Assembly: GCA_016720935.1 (NCBI GenBank)
Contig: JADKJP010000007.1
Location: forward strand, 329,293 to 393,292
Length of the DNA: 64,000 bases
Reading direction: 5' to 3'
Origin: Bacteroidota bacterium
GTDB lineage: Bacteria; Bacteroidota; Bacteroidia; AKYH767-A; 2013-40CM-41-45
The position numbers and the translations under genes are program-made. Below, in pieces: positions 55,650 to 64,000 of the stretch. The notes under the pieces are model-generated. The model searched no databases. It was not told the DNA's origin and saw only the letters and a program-made list of their open reading frames with translations. Within the stretch, counting starts at the first letter, position 1; each line of letters begins with the position of its first letter.

Positions 55650-57236
55650 TTAATACTTCACTATTTTCTGAACTCTTCCATCCGTTGTTTTCAAAATGTA
55701 AACACCTGTCGAAAGGTCCGAAATATTTAATCTATCATTATTAGCTTTCACAGAAAAATCCTTGAGTTTTTTACCAGAAATAGAAAATATACTTACTCTT
55801 TGAGGCAAGATTAAATTTTCAAATGAAATATATTCATGAGCAGGGATAGGAAATAATCTTATATTATTTTTATCCGACTCTTTGATTGAGGTAATTATCG
55901 GTCCAAGTTTTAAAACCCAAAAATCTGTATGCCCACCATGAAAACTTGAGACATCAAATCCAGGTCCATATGTATTACAACTCAATGCAAACCCATTATC
56001 AAAAGTTTGAATAATTTTTTGAGATTCATCACTGTATGGTCCACCAAAACATTTTTGTGACTCGATTATACCCTGCTCAGAAAACTGGACCAACCAAACA
56101 TCCTCACGTGTACTGTGATTTCCACTTACATCATCATCATTAGATATTGTAAATCCCGATGTAACGTAAGAACTATCCTCCTTACGAATAATGGAATAAA
56201 ATTCATCCTGAAGTGTACCACCCATCGCATGTTGCCATACAATATTCCCCACGTTATCTGTTTTAACTACCCATCCATCATCCATTAACACATCGTGTCT
56301 GTTTGTAACGTCGTAATTTGTTGATAGTGCCAAACCCGTTAGCATAAATCCACCATCGTTGGTTTCAACAACATCTGTGCACCAATCATCCAGACTTCCA
56401 CCGTAATTATTATTCCAAAGCATACTTCCCATGCTATCTGTTTTTAAGAGCCAGTACTGTCTGTCTCTCCCAAATGGAATGCTTGGTTGACCATCTGTAC
56501 TATTGGTAAAACCACATAAAATAAATCCTTGATCTGATGTTTGCTTCATTGAAAAAGAAAGTTCCTCGCCACCCCCACCATAGCAACTTTGCCAAATAAT
56601 ATTTGCAGCAGAATCCATTTTCACTAACCAAAAATCCTGACCCCCATGATTTCCCTGTACCCAGCTATCATTTGAAAACGTTGAACCAAAGGCAATGATT
56701 GAATGGTCAGGTAATCCTATTATTGATTGAAACAAATCATTGTCAATGCCGCCAATACACTTCTGCCAAAGAATTCCACCGGAACTATCTAATTTTACAA
56801 TCCAAGCATCACTACCTCCATGATTACCTGAAACATCACCATCATTCGAAGAACTACTTCCTGCAATTAAATATCCTGATCCAGATAGTGCAGCACACCG
56901 ACCAATGTCAATCATGGATCCTCCTAAAGATTTCGACCATTCAATAATACCAAACTTATTTAATTTAACTACCCACATGTCATAACAATTAGTAGATGTA
57001 CAATTCCCAGGATGAAATCCCACAACATCACCATCATTTGAAGAAGTGTATCCAACAACTAAAAATCCAGAATCGAGGGTTTGACAAGTGAAATTATTAA
57101 GATCATCTCCACTTCCTCCCAAACTTACTTCCCATTCTATATTCTGTGCACAAGCTTCTGAATAAAACAACAATATGAATAATAATCTCACAATATTTCT
57201 ATTATGCATTTTTCGAGCTATTTTGAATATTTTCAT
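55650..57236 (-). CDS. Secreted beta-propeller repeat (SBBP-type) protein with a C-terminal type IX secretion sorting domain
   Basis: The signal peptide is followed by about 8 repeats of the W-x-x-x-(Y/L/I)-GG-x-x-D-D pattern (EWEVSLGGSGDD, EWSKSLGGSMID, LWQKCIGGIDND, IWQSCYGGGGEE, LWNNNYGGSLDD, VWQHAMGGTLQD). The C-terminus …GVYILKTTDGRVQKIVKY is a T9SS type-A CTD. Confidence 0.75.
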   Translation of the reverse strand: MKIFKIARKMHNRNIVRLLFILLFYSEACAQNIEWEVSLGGSGDDLNNFTCQTLDSGFLVVGYTSSNDGDVVGFHPGNCTSTNCYDMWVVKLNKFGIIEWSKSLGGSMIDIGRCAALSGSGYLIAGSSSSNDGDVSGNHGGSDAWIVKLDSSGGILWQKCIGGIDNDLFQSIIGLPDHSIIAFGSTFSNDSWVQGNHGGQDFWLVKMDSAANIIWQSCYGGGGEELSFSMKQTSDQGFILCGFTNSTDGQPSIPFGRDRQYWLLKTDSMGSMLWNNNYGGSLDDWCTDVVETNDGGFMLTGLALSTNYDVTNRHDVLMDDGWVVKTDNVGNIVWQHAMGGTLQDEFYSIIRKEDSSYVTSGFTISNDDDVSGNHSTREDVWLVQFSEQGIIESQKCFGGPYSDESQKIIQTFDNGFALSCNTYGPGFDVSSFHGGHTDFWVLKLGPIITSIKESDKNNIRLFPIPAHEYISFENLILPQRVSIFSISGKKLKDFSVKANNDRLNISDLSTGVYILKTTDGRVQKIVKY

Positions 57237-57521
57237 TAGGAGAAATTAGTAATGAAAATGAAAATAACTGGCGTAAAAAATGAAATAGTGAGGTAGGAGT
57301 TATTTTTCATGGTAATTAATTTTTTAGAAAATTTAAATTGAAAAAATAAACTACTATCAAATGTATACAAAATAATTCCGGAATTCACAACTGAAAATCG
57401 GACATTGACCAAAAAAATCTACATTCAAAAAAACAAATTCATGTGAAATTAACCATTTCCACCAATGTGATGGTTTTTCCTGGCAATTTCAAAAAAAATA
57501 ATTAGAATATAATTTATAAAA

Positions 57522-58751
57522 TCACGAAATCCTCGCAGCTGTCAGCAAATCCAGATCCTTATATGGCAATTTGCATGCTTCGGCGACAAAGCGATTTGTA
57601 ATTGCTCCGCGATACATGTAGACGCCTTTGCGGACAGCTTTATTTTTCCAAAGCATTTCATCAATTCCTCCCTGGTTGCCTGCATCGAGAAGTATCGGTG
57701 TGAAAATATTGCTGAGTGCTGTTGATGCTGTACGACTGACACGTGAAGCGATGTTTGGAACACAATAGTGTACCACACCGTATTTCCGGAATACCGGCTG
57801 AGAATGATTGGTAACTTCTGATGTTTCGAAACATCCGCCCTGGTCGATACTCACGTCTACTATCACAGAACCAACGCGCATTTCACTGACCATTTCTTCT
57901 GTAACCACAACCGGTGTGCGTCCTTCATTGCTGCGGAGAGCGCCAATGGCTACGTCAGCATTTTTCAATTCCTTCAATAAAATATTCGGAACAAGTGTAG
58001 AAGTAAAAATCCTTCTACCCAGTCTGTTTTGCAAACGACGTAAACGGTGAACAGAATTATCAAACACTTTAATATTTGCTCCTAATCCCATCGCTGTTCT
58101 TGCCGCATACTCTCCTACTGAACCCGCGCCGATGATGACCACTTCTGTTGGCGGAATTCCGGCAACTCCTCCGAGGAGTTCGCCTTTTCCATTAAATGCA
58201 TTGCTGAGATATTCCGCAGCGATGAGGATGCAGGTACTGCCAACAATTTCACTCATGGCCTGAATGATGGGATACACTCCAGATTCATCGTGAATGAATT
58301 CATAACCGATGGCACTCACTTTTTTCGCGGAAAGCTGACGAATAAAATCATTCGACTGCATACTCATTTGCAAAATAGAAATGAGGTATTGCTTCTGCTG
58401 GATCATGTCGAGCTCAGCCTGTGAAGGAGGAGCGACTTTTAAAATGATATCCGCTTTATAAACTTCTTCGGCAGTGTACACGATACGCGCTCCCGCTTCA
58501 CTGAAATCAGAATCCTGAATATTCGAAGCGGCTCCCGCTCCCGCTTCGATAATGATTTCATGTCCGTTATTAACGAGCAAAGAAATGGACTCCGGAATCA
58601 AGGGAATTCTGTTTTCCTGAAAAGAGGTCTCTTTGGGAATGCCGATGAATAACTGCTTCTCCTGTTTTTTTATCTCCAGCATGGCCTCCTGAGTCTGCAT
58701 GGCAGCGGAAGCGGCGAGCGAAGAAATGCCTGAAGGTAATTTCTCAATCAT
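57522..58751 (-). CDS. ald: Alanine dehydrogenase / PNT-alpha family NAD(H)-dependent dehydrogenase
   Basis: The AlaDH/PNT N-domain (IGIPKE...IILKV) and the Rossmann motif VVIIGAGSVGEYAA are present. The exact start is uncertain; about 30 aa of N-terminal extension exist in the longest ORF. Confidence 0.75.
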   Translation of the reverse strand: MIEKLPSGISSLAASAAMQTQEAMLEIKKQEKQLFIGIPKETSFQENRIPLIPESISLLVNNGHEIIIEAGAGAASNIQDSDFSEAGARIVYTAEEVYKADIILKVAPPSQAELDMIQQKQYLISILQMSMQSNDFIRQLSAKKVSAIGYEFIHDESGVYPIIQAMSEIVGSTCILIAAEYLSNAFNGKGELLGGVAGIPPTEVVIIGAGSVGEYAARTAMGLGANIKVFDNSVHRLRRLQNRLGRRIFTSTLVPNILLKELKNADVAIGALRSNEGRTPVVVTEEMVSEMRVGSVIVDVSIDQGGCFETSEVTNHSQPVFRKYGVVHYCVPNIASRVSRTASTALSNIFTPILLDAGNQGGIDEMLWKNKAVRKGVYMYRGAITNRFVAEACKLPYKDLDLLTAARIS

Positions 58752-59178
58752 GTGAAAAAGTAATGATCCTGGTCTCAGACTGAGGTATAATCCTGACCAA
58801 AGTGTGTGGTTGCGGCAATAAATTTAGAATTTTTTCCGGCCATTCCACTAAACAATAGGCTCCACTGTTAAAATAATCATGAACACCTATTTCAATGGCT
58901 TCATTCTCGGAATTAATCCTGTAAAAATCGAAATGATAGATGACTCCTGCTTTTTCCGACCAGTATTCGTTAACAATGGAAAAGGTCGGACTGCTGACAT
59001 TTTCTTCAACCCCCAGAGCTTTACACAAATACCTGATAAAAGTCGTCTTTCCGGCACCCATTTCCCCGTAAAAACAGATGATTCTTTCCTTTCCATTAAA
59101 TTTCAACAGTTCCAAAGCGGCGTTCTCCAGATCGGATTCCCGGCTGACAATCAACTCCATGCTGCTTTGCAATTTCAT
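58744..59178 (-). CDS. tsaE: tRNA threonylcarbamoyladenosine biosynthesis ATPase TsaE (YjeE)
   Basis: 144 aa. The Walker A FYGEMGAGKTTFIRYLCKALGV and the SPTFSIVNEY motif are present. Confidence 0.85.
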   Translation of the reverse strand: MKLQSSMELIVSRESDLENAALELLKFNGKERIICFYGEMGAGKTTFIRYLCKALGVEENVSSPTFSIVNEYWSEKAGVIYHFDFYRINSENEAIEIGVHDYFNSGAYCLVEWPEKILNLLPQPHTLVRIIPQSETRIITFSHD

Positions 59179-59208
59179 TTTATAATTAAATACAGGGTTT
59201 GAGATGCA

Positions 59209-59850
59209 TCAGTTCAGTCCGTTCACCACAGGCTTCCAATCCATCACATTCAACTCACGTTTACAAAAACTGTATTCTTCAGTTTGGCTGTTGGAACACA
59301 CAATTATGGTTTTCTCTCCGGCATATTTGCTGACCAGATCCTGGTACCATTGTATTGATTTTTTATCGAGGTTTGAACAGGGTTCATCCAACAGCACCAT
59401 ATCTACATCACTCAATATCGCCAGGATCAATTTCACTCTTTGTTTCATCCCTGAAGAATAATATTTCATCATCTTCTTCCTGGAAGAAGCTAATCCAGAA
59501 AGCTCAATCATCGTTTCCGCGTTCATCCCGTTGACCGGCTTCTTGAATTGGAAATGGAATTCGATCAGTTCTTCCAGATTGTATTCTTCGATTAGCTCCA
59601 GATATGGAGCAGAAATGGATACTCTTTCAAAAACAAGTTCGGGATCGAGCAGCTTATCGCCACTGCTATAGGAAATTTTCCCTTCTGTCGGAATGGATGC
59701 TCCGGCAAGCAATTGTAACAAAGTAGATTTACCCGAACCGTTTGGTCCGAGGATCGCAATTTTCTCTGCAGGCTGAACAACAAGATCGAGTTCACGAAAG
59801 ATCCATTCACGAAAGAACTTCTTGCCTGCCTTTTCTAATACGATCTTCAC
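59209..59850 (-). CDS. ABC transporter ATP-binding protein (short, 213 aa; no adjacent permease gene)
   Basis: Walker A GPNGSGKST, the signature YSSGMKQR and the Walker B LLDEP are present. Confidence 0.8.
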   Translation of the reverse strand: MKIVLEKAGKKFFREWIFRELDLVVQPAEKIAILGPNGSGKSTLLQLLAGASIPTEGKISYSSGDKLLDPELVFERVSISAPYLELIEEYNLEELIEFHFQFKKPVNGMNAETMIELSGLASSRKKMMKYYSSGMKQRVKLILAILSDVDMVLLDEPCSNLDKKSIQWYQDLVSKYAGEKTIIVCSNSQTEEYSFCKRELNVMDWKPVVNGLN

Positions 59851-59875
59851 GGATAAAATTATTGGATGAAAAAAA

Positions 59876-60664
59876 TCAATCCTCGTCTTTGGAATAACCT
59901 TTCATGATTCCGCGTGTAGATTGGCGGATGAAAGCAAGGATCTGATCGCGTTCAGGCGTTGCTGCCATTTCATTTTGCACAACATCGAGCGCATGTGAAT
60001 TGCTGAATCCTTTTACAAAAATCGTCCTGTAAATCTGCTGGATTTCCGCGATCTTTTCATTGCTGAATCCACGGCGACGAAGTCCGACGGAATTTATTCC
60101 GACATAAGACAAAGGCTCATGCGCGGCTTTAACGAATGGAGGAACATCTTTTCGTACGAGTGAACCACCGGAAATCATCACATGCGCGCCAATCTGAACA
60201 AACTGATGAATCGCTGACAGACCGCCGATGATGGCGAAATCGTCGATAGTGATGTGTCCTGCAAGTGTAGCACCGTTGGCAAGGATACAATGATTCCCCA
60301 CGACACAATCGTGAGCTACGTGTACATAAGCCATCAGCAAATTGTGACTTCCCACTTCCGTTTTTCCGAGTGCCTGTGTACCGCGGTTGATGGTTACATA
60401 TTCCCGGATCGTTGTATGATCACCGATAACGGCAGTAGTTTCTTCTCCATGAAATTTCAGATCCTGTGGAACAGCGGAGATCACTGCTCCCGGGAAAATA
60501 TTGCAATTCTTACCAATCCTTGCGCCCGGAAAAATGGTGACATTGCTTCCGATCCAGGTGTCGTCACCAATCTCCACATTATCATGGATCATGGTGAAGG
60601 GATCTATCTTCACATTCTTACCAATGCGGGCGTTCGGATGTATAACGACGAGGTTGTTGTTCAT
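59876..60664 (-). CDS. lpxA: Acyl-ACP--UDP-N-acetylglucosamine O-acyltransferase
   Basis: 262 aa. N-terminal hexapeptide repeats (HPNARIGKNVKIDPFTMIHDNVEIGDDTWIGSNVTIFPGARIGKN) are followed by the LpxA C-terminal helical domain. Confidence 0.9.
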   Translation of the reverse strand: MNNNLVVIHPNARIGKNVKIDPFTMIHDNVEIGDDTWIGSNVTIFPGARIGKNCNIFPGAVISAVPQDLKFHGEETTAVIGDHTTIREYVTINRGTQALGKTEVGSHNLLMAYVHVAHDCVVGNHCILANGATLAGHITIDDFAIIGGLSAIHQFVQIGAHVMISGGSLVRKDVPPFVKAAHEPLSYVGINSVGLRRRGFSNEKIAEIQQIYRTIFVKGFSNSHALDVVQNEMAATPERDQILAFIRQSTRGIMKGYSKDED

Positions 60665-60697
60665 GGATGGAATTTCTGATTCGGATTCAGCCTTGAA

Positions 60698-62185
60698 TCA
60701 GCTGGCTTCATTACTTTTCTTCTTGTCGCGTCGCACGATTTGCGCCATCATTTCTGACTCCATGACAATTTTATCTCCTACATAAGCTTTGCCTCTCATG
60801 TGACAAATACCTCTGCGAATAGGAGTAATCAATTCAAGATGGAAAACAATGGTATCACCGGGAACAACCATATCACGGAAGCGTGTGTTGTCAACTTTCA
60901 TGAAATAGGTCAGGTAATTTTCCGGATCAGGTACGGTATTCAGAACAAGGATCCCTCCTACCTGTGCCATGGCTTCGATCTGGATCACACCTGGAAATAC
61001 AGGTGCTCCGGGGAAGTGTCCGGGGAAGAACCATTCGTTCATGGTTACATTCTTCACACCTACTACATGGCGATCAGAGAGTTCAAGAATTTTATCTACA
61101 AATAAGAACGGAGCACGGTGTGGAAGGAATTTCATGATTCCGTTCACATCAAACAATGGCTTCGCGTTCAGATCAACACGAGGAGATTTTTCACGGAAAC
61201 GATCACGTTTCATCAGCTCCTTAATCTTTCTCGCAAATTCCACATTCGCTACGTGACCCGGACGAGCTGCAAGGATATGCCCTTTCAAAGGAGCCCCAAC
61301 GAGTGCAAGATCTCCGACGATGTCAAGTAGTTTGTGACGTGCAGGTTCATTCTGAAAATGCAATTTCACATTGTTCAGAAATCCTCTTTCCGCAGTAACT
61401 CTTTCTTTATTGAAAACTTTCGCGAGGTGATCGAGTCTTTCCTGTGAAACAGGTTTATCGACAACAACAATCGCGTTATTGATATCACCACCTTTGATCA
61501 GGTTATTATCGAGTAACATTTCAAGTTCATGAAGGAAACAAAAGGTCCTACAATCACTGATTTCGTTTTTAAACTCCCCGATATTATAAAGTGTCGCGTG
61601 TTGTGTACCCAGTAAATCACTGTTGTAATCAACCATTACAGTGATCCGGAAATCTTCGCTCGGCACAGCCAGCATCTCCGTCTTTCTCTTAGGATCTTCG
61701 TAAGTGATATTTTCACTCAACATATAATAGCGACGCTCTTCCTTTTGTTCCTGGATGCCTGCCTTTTCAAGGATGTCGATGAAAGGCTTTGAACTGCCAT
61801 CCATAATCGGAACTTCCGGGCCGTCAATTTCCATCAGCACATTGTCGATCTCCATCCCGGCCAAAGCGGCCAGAACGTGTTCTATGGTACTGATACGGGC
61901 TCCATTCTTACTGATCGTGGTTCCACGGTCGGTGTCGGTTACATTGTCCACATCGGCTTCCACAATCGGCTGACCGGGAAGGTCAATACGCTGGAATTTA
62001 TAACCGTGATTTTCAGGAGCCGGTTTGAAAGTAAGGTTCACACTCGCGCCGGTGTGCAATCCAACTCCCGATGCGGTGACCGGGTGCAGAATTGTCGTCT
62101 GACGAATGATTTCTGGGGTAGTAGATGGTGCCGGACTTCCTTTCTGAACTACGGAAGCCTCTACAACTGTCTGATTTTCAGCCAT
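60698..62185 (-). CDS. lpxC: Bifunctional UDP-3-O-acyl-GlcNAc deacetylase LpxC / 3-hydroxyacyl-ACP dehydratase FabZ
   Basis: 495 aa. The N-terminal LpxC fold (TILHPVTASGVGLHTGASV..., HVLAALAGMEIDN) is fused to a C-terminal FabZ hotdog (HFPGAPVFPGVIQIEAMAQ). This fusion is typical of Bacteroidetes. Confidence 0.9.
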   Translation of the reverse strand: MAENQTVVEASVVQKGSPAPSTTPEIIRQTTILHPVTASGVGLHTGASVNLTFKPAPENHGYKFQRIDLPGQPIVEADVDNVTDTDRGTTISKNGARISTIEHVLAALAGMEIDNVLMEIDGPEVPIMDGSSKPFIDILEKAGIQEQKEERRYYMLSENITYEDPKRKTEMLAVPSEDFRITVMVDYNSDLLGTQHATLYNIGEFKNEISDCRTFCFLHELEMLLDNNLIKGGDINNAIVVVDKPVSQERLDHLAKVFNKERVTAERGFLNNVKLHFQNEPARHKLLDIVGDLALVGAPLKGHILAARPGHVANVEFARKIKELMKRDRFREKSPRVDLNAKPLFDVNGIMKFLPHRAPFLFVDKILELSDRHVVGVKNVTMNEWFFPGHFPGAPVFPGVIQIEAMAQVGGILVLNTVPDPENYLTYFMKVDNTRFRDMVVPGDTIVFHLELITPIRRGICHMRGKAYVGDKIVMESEMMAQIVRRDKKKSNEAS

Positions 62186-62515
62186 TTTATAAAATTTCAG
62201 AAAACAAGACCGGAACGAAATGCCGGGGTTTTGGCCAAAAATAAAAATAAATATTAAATATCCCCTAAGAAGCTGAACAGATCGCTAACAATACATGCAA
62301 TAATCATCTTCAGACTTCTAAATTGGAGCCTGTTAGTTTAACAGTCCGGAACACATTCTGTGAGAAATATTCTCCTGAAAAAATGAGAATCCCACTATTC
62401 AATCTAATTCCAACTTCATGAGGTAGATTATCTTCAAGCTTTCAATTTAAGAAAGCGCTACTTTCTTTTGACTTAAGATAATAATTAATAATATTGCCTA
62501 AAATGAAAGATTCCC

Positions 62516-63559
62516 ATGAAATTTAAGACAGTCGCACCACTCACCTTTTTCTCAGCTCTGTTTCTTTTACTGTTTTTTGGTCAATTTGCTCAGGCTCAGG
62601 AAGCGCCAACATGTTCAACGGAAGAAATGGATGATTTCATCAACCAGGATCCGAATGATGACTACTATTTCTGTTTGAGAAGGGTTTGCAACGATCTAAA
62701 GAACCAGGAATACGATTCTGTTCGCTATTACCTTGAAAGAGCAATGTTTGGCAACGAGAATAAATTCACCATGTCGTTTCCCAATAAAAAGCTCAGGGAT
62801 TTAAAGACCTTTTTAGGAAATGATGTTTTCTCAGTTAAACCGCGATATGATATATCCGTGGATTATACAGTTGCCTCTGAACCTGCGGCAAATAGTTCGG
62901 CCGGGACTGATAATTCTTCCACTTCATCAAACACTGCTCCTCCTGTTGAGAATACTACTGTCAATACTGAAACTCCGGCTGCAAGTTCAGGTGCTGGAGA
63001 AGTAAAAGAAGACTTAATGAGCAAGCCTGCTGATAACTCAGCCTTTGAATTGGACGAAACTACAAAAGCGGAACTCAAAGATAAAGCGCTCTCCAAATCA
63101 AAATCATTCGGTCAGCTCATTGGTATCATTGCGGACAAGACAACTCTTGAAGACATCGCACAAACAAGCATCCTGAATGCACTTGATTTATTTCTGAATG
63201 AAAATTCAACGGTAGGTGTTACATCTGTTCGTCAGCCCGAAGCACAAAAACCTTTGAAAGTTCGTAAATACCTGAATCGTCTGCGCATGCTACAGTATGA
63301 AAAAGTTGAGATCCAAACTTCGGATTATTATATGGTGAAAGACCTCAAAAAAGGACCTGATGGAAATTATTACGGTTGGGTATCATTTAAACAGAGATTC
63401 AAAGGTTACGTGAAAGATCTTCCGGCTTACGAAGACCTCACTACGAAAAGCATCAAGGTTATTGTTCGTAAAATGCAAAAATTTGAGAATGGAATTCCTC
63501 AGGACTATTGGGATGTGTTCCTGGTAGATGTTCTTGTACAGGAAACTAGCGCTAATTAG
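62516..63559 (+). CDS. Secreted hypothetical protein with a central low-complexity S/T/A/N/P-rich linker
   Basis: The signal peptide is MKFKTVAPLTFFSALFLLLFFGQFAQAQ. A Cys-containing N-domain is followed by a ~70-aa linker (ASEPAANSSAGTDNSSTSSNTAPPVENTTVNTETPAASSGAG) and a C-terminal globular domain. Confidence 0.5.
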   Translation: MKFKTVAPLTFFSALFLLLFFGQFAQAQEAPTCSTEEMDDFINQDPNDDYYFCLRRVCNDLKNQEYDSVRYYLERAMFGNENKFTMSFPNKKLRDLKTFLGNDVFSVKPRYDISVDYTVASEPAANSSAGTDNSSTSSNTAPPVENTTVNTETPAASSGAGEVKEDLMSKPADNSAFELDETTKAELKDKALSKSKSFGQLIGIIADKTTLEDIAQTSILNALDLFLNENSTVGVTSVRQPEAQKPLKVRKYLNRLRMLQYEKVEIQTSDYYMVKDLKKGPDGNYYGWVSFKQRFKGYVKDLPAYEDLTTKSIKVIVRKMQKFENGIPQDYWDVFLVDVLVQETSAN

Positions 63560-63562
63560 TGA

Positions 63563-64000
63563 ATGATTAAAATTAAATTACTTCTTCTTTACTCTTTTCT
63601 CTTACTTCCTTTCTCGATTCGGTCTCAAGGTCTTTACGAAGATACACGCTGGAAAGAAAACCATGCACTGGAAGTTAAAGTGCTCGATGAGTTTATTGAC
63701 AGGTTCAATAAAGATACGAGCTCTGAATTCTTGTCGAATCTCAGAAATATTTATCGTGGCAAACTCCCACCCCGCTCCACGATGGTAAAATCCCTTTTTG
63801 ATCGCAATCAGAAATGGGATACAAGCCTTGTAAAAAATTTCGCCTTAACAGTCACAAAAAAGGGTGCTCCAAGATTTATTCATTTCAATGACAATGACTG
63901 GTATGCTCATGTTCGATGCAAAGTCACTTATCAGGGAAAATCAAAACAGCTTGACCTGATATTAAAAGTTGAAGAAGGGATCAACCATTCTGAAAAATGG
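63563..64000 (+). CDS. Secreted hypothetical protein, N-terminal part (3' end outside the window)
   Basis: The ATG at 63563 opens a frame to the window end. It begins with the signal peptide MIKIKLLLLYSFLLLPFSIRSQ. It is absent from the ORF track only because no stop codon falls inside the window. Confidence 0.45.
   Translation, partial: MIKIKLLLLYSFLLLPFSIRSQGLYEDTRWKENHALEVKVLDEFIDRFNKDTSSEFLSNLRNIYRGKLPPRSTMVKSLFDRNQKWDTSLVKNFALTVTKKGAPRFIHFNDNDWYAHVRCKVTYQGKSKQLDLILKVEEGINHSEKW

Overview
This window reads as a chromosomal core region of a Bacteroidetes genome (probably Cytophagia, Sphingobacteriia, Chitinophagia or Flavobacteriia). The lineage call rests on several markers. Three secreted proteins carry type IX secretion C-terminal domains, and one of them is a 1578-aa PKD-repeat protein with the gliding-motility type-B C-terminal domain. 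LpxC and FabZ are fused. A DUF1599 protein sits next to folP. A PafA-type alkaline phosphatase is present. The DAHP synthase carries a C-terminal chorismate mutase. Coding density is high and the gene content is mostly housekeeping: dnaK, gdhA, obg, adk, hpt, purEK, aroA-aroB-DAHPS/CM, lpxA, lpxC/fabZ, folP, panB, def, ruvX, dapD, miaA, tsaC, tsaE, a cca-like gene and cdaA. Interleaved with these are secreted M16 and M14 zinc peptidases and outer-membrane or surface proteins. I found no rRNA or tRNA genes, no CRISPR array, and no transposase, integrase or phage genes. Several strong bidirectional Rho-independent terminators lie in convergent gaps. The loci that deserve a second look are: (1) a two-gene operon encoding a PorP/SprF-like hypothetical plus a 676-aa outer-membrane beta-barrel with an N-terminal ComEA-like helix-hairpin-helix module; (2) a membrane histidine kinase, a small unknown protein and a divergent single-domain response regulator, with perfect tandem direct repeats in the shared promoter; (3) a tight PAP2 phosphatase - PafA alkaline phosphatase - MFS transporter operon; (4) an RluA-family pseudouridine synthase split by a +1 frameshift in an A4 run; (5) a C10 homopolymer in the promoter or leader of a TPR lipoprotein gene; (6) tandem heptamer microsatellites with a G-quadruplex motif in a convergent 3' intergenic region; (7) a DoxX/MauE domain fused to a cysteine-less thioredoxin-like domain; (8) an alpha-oxoamine synthase (sphingolipid or sulfonolipid-type) next to the giant adhesin gene. 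All calls come from reading the translated ORFs and the DNA by eye; no database search was run.
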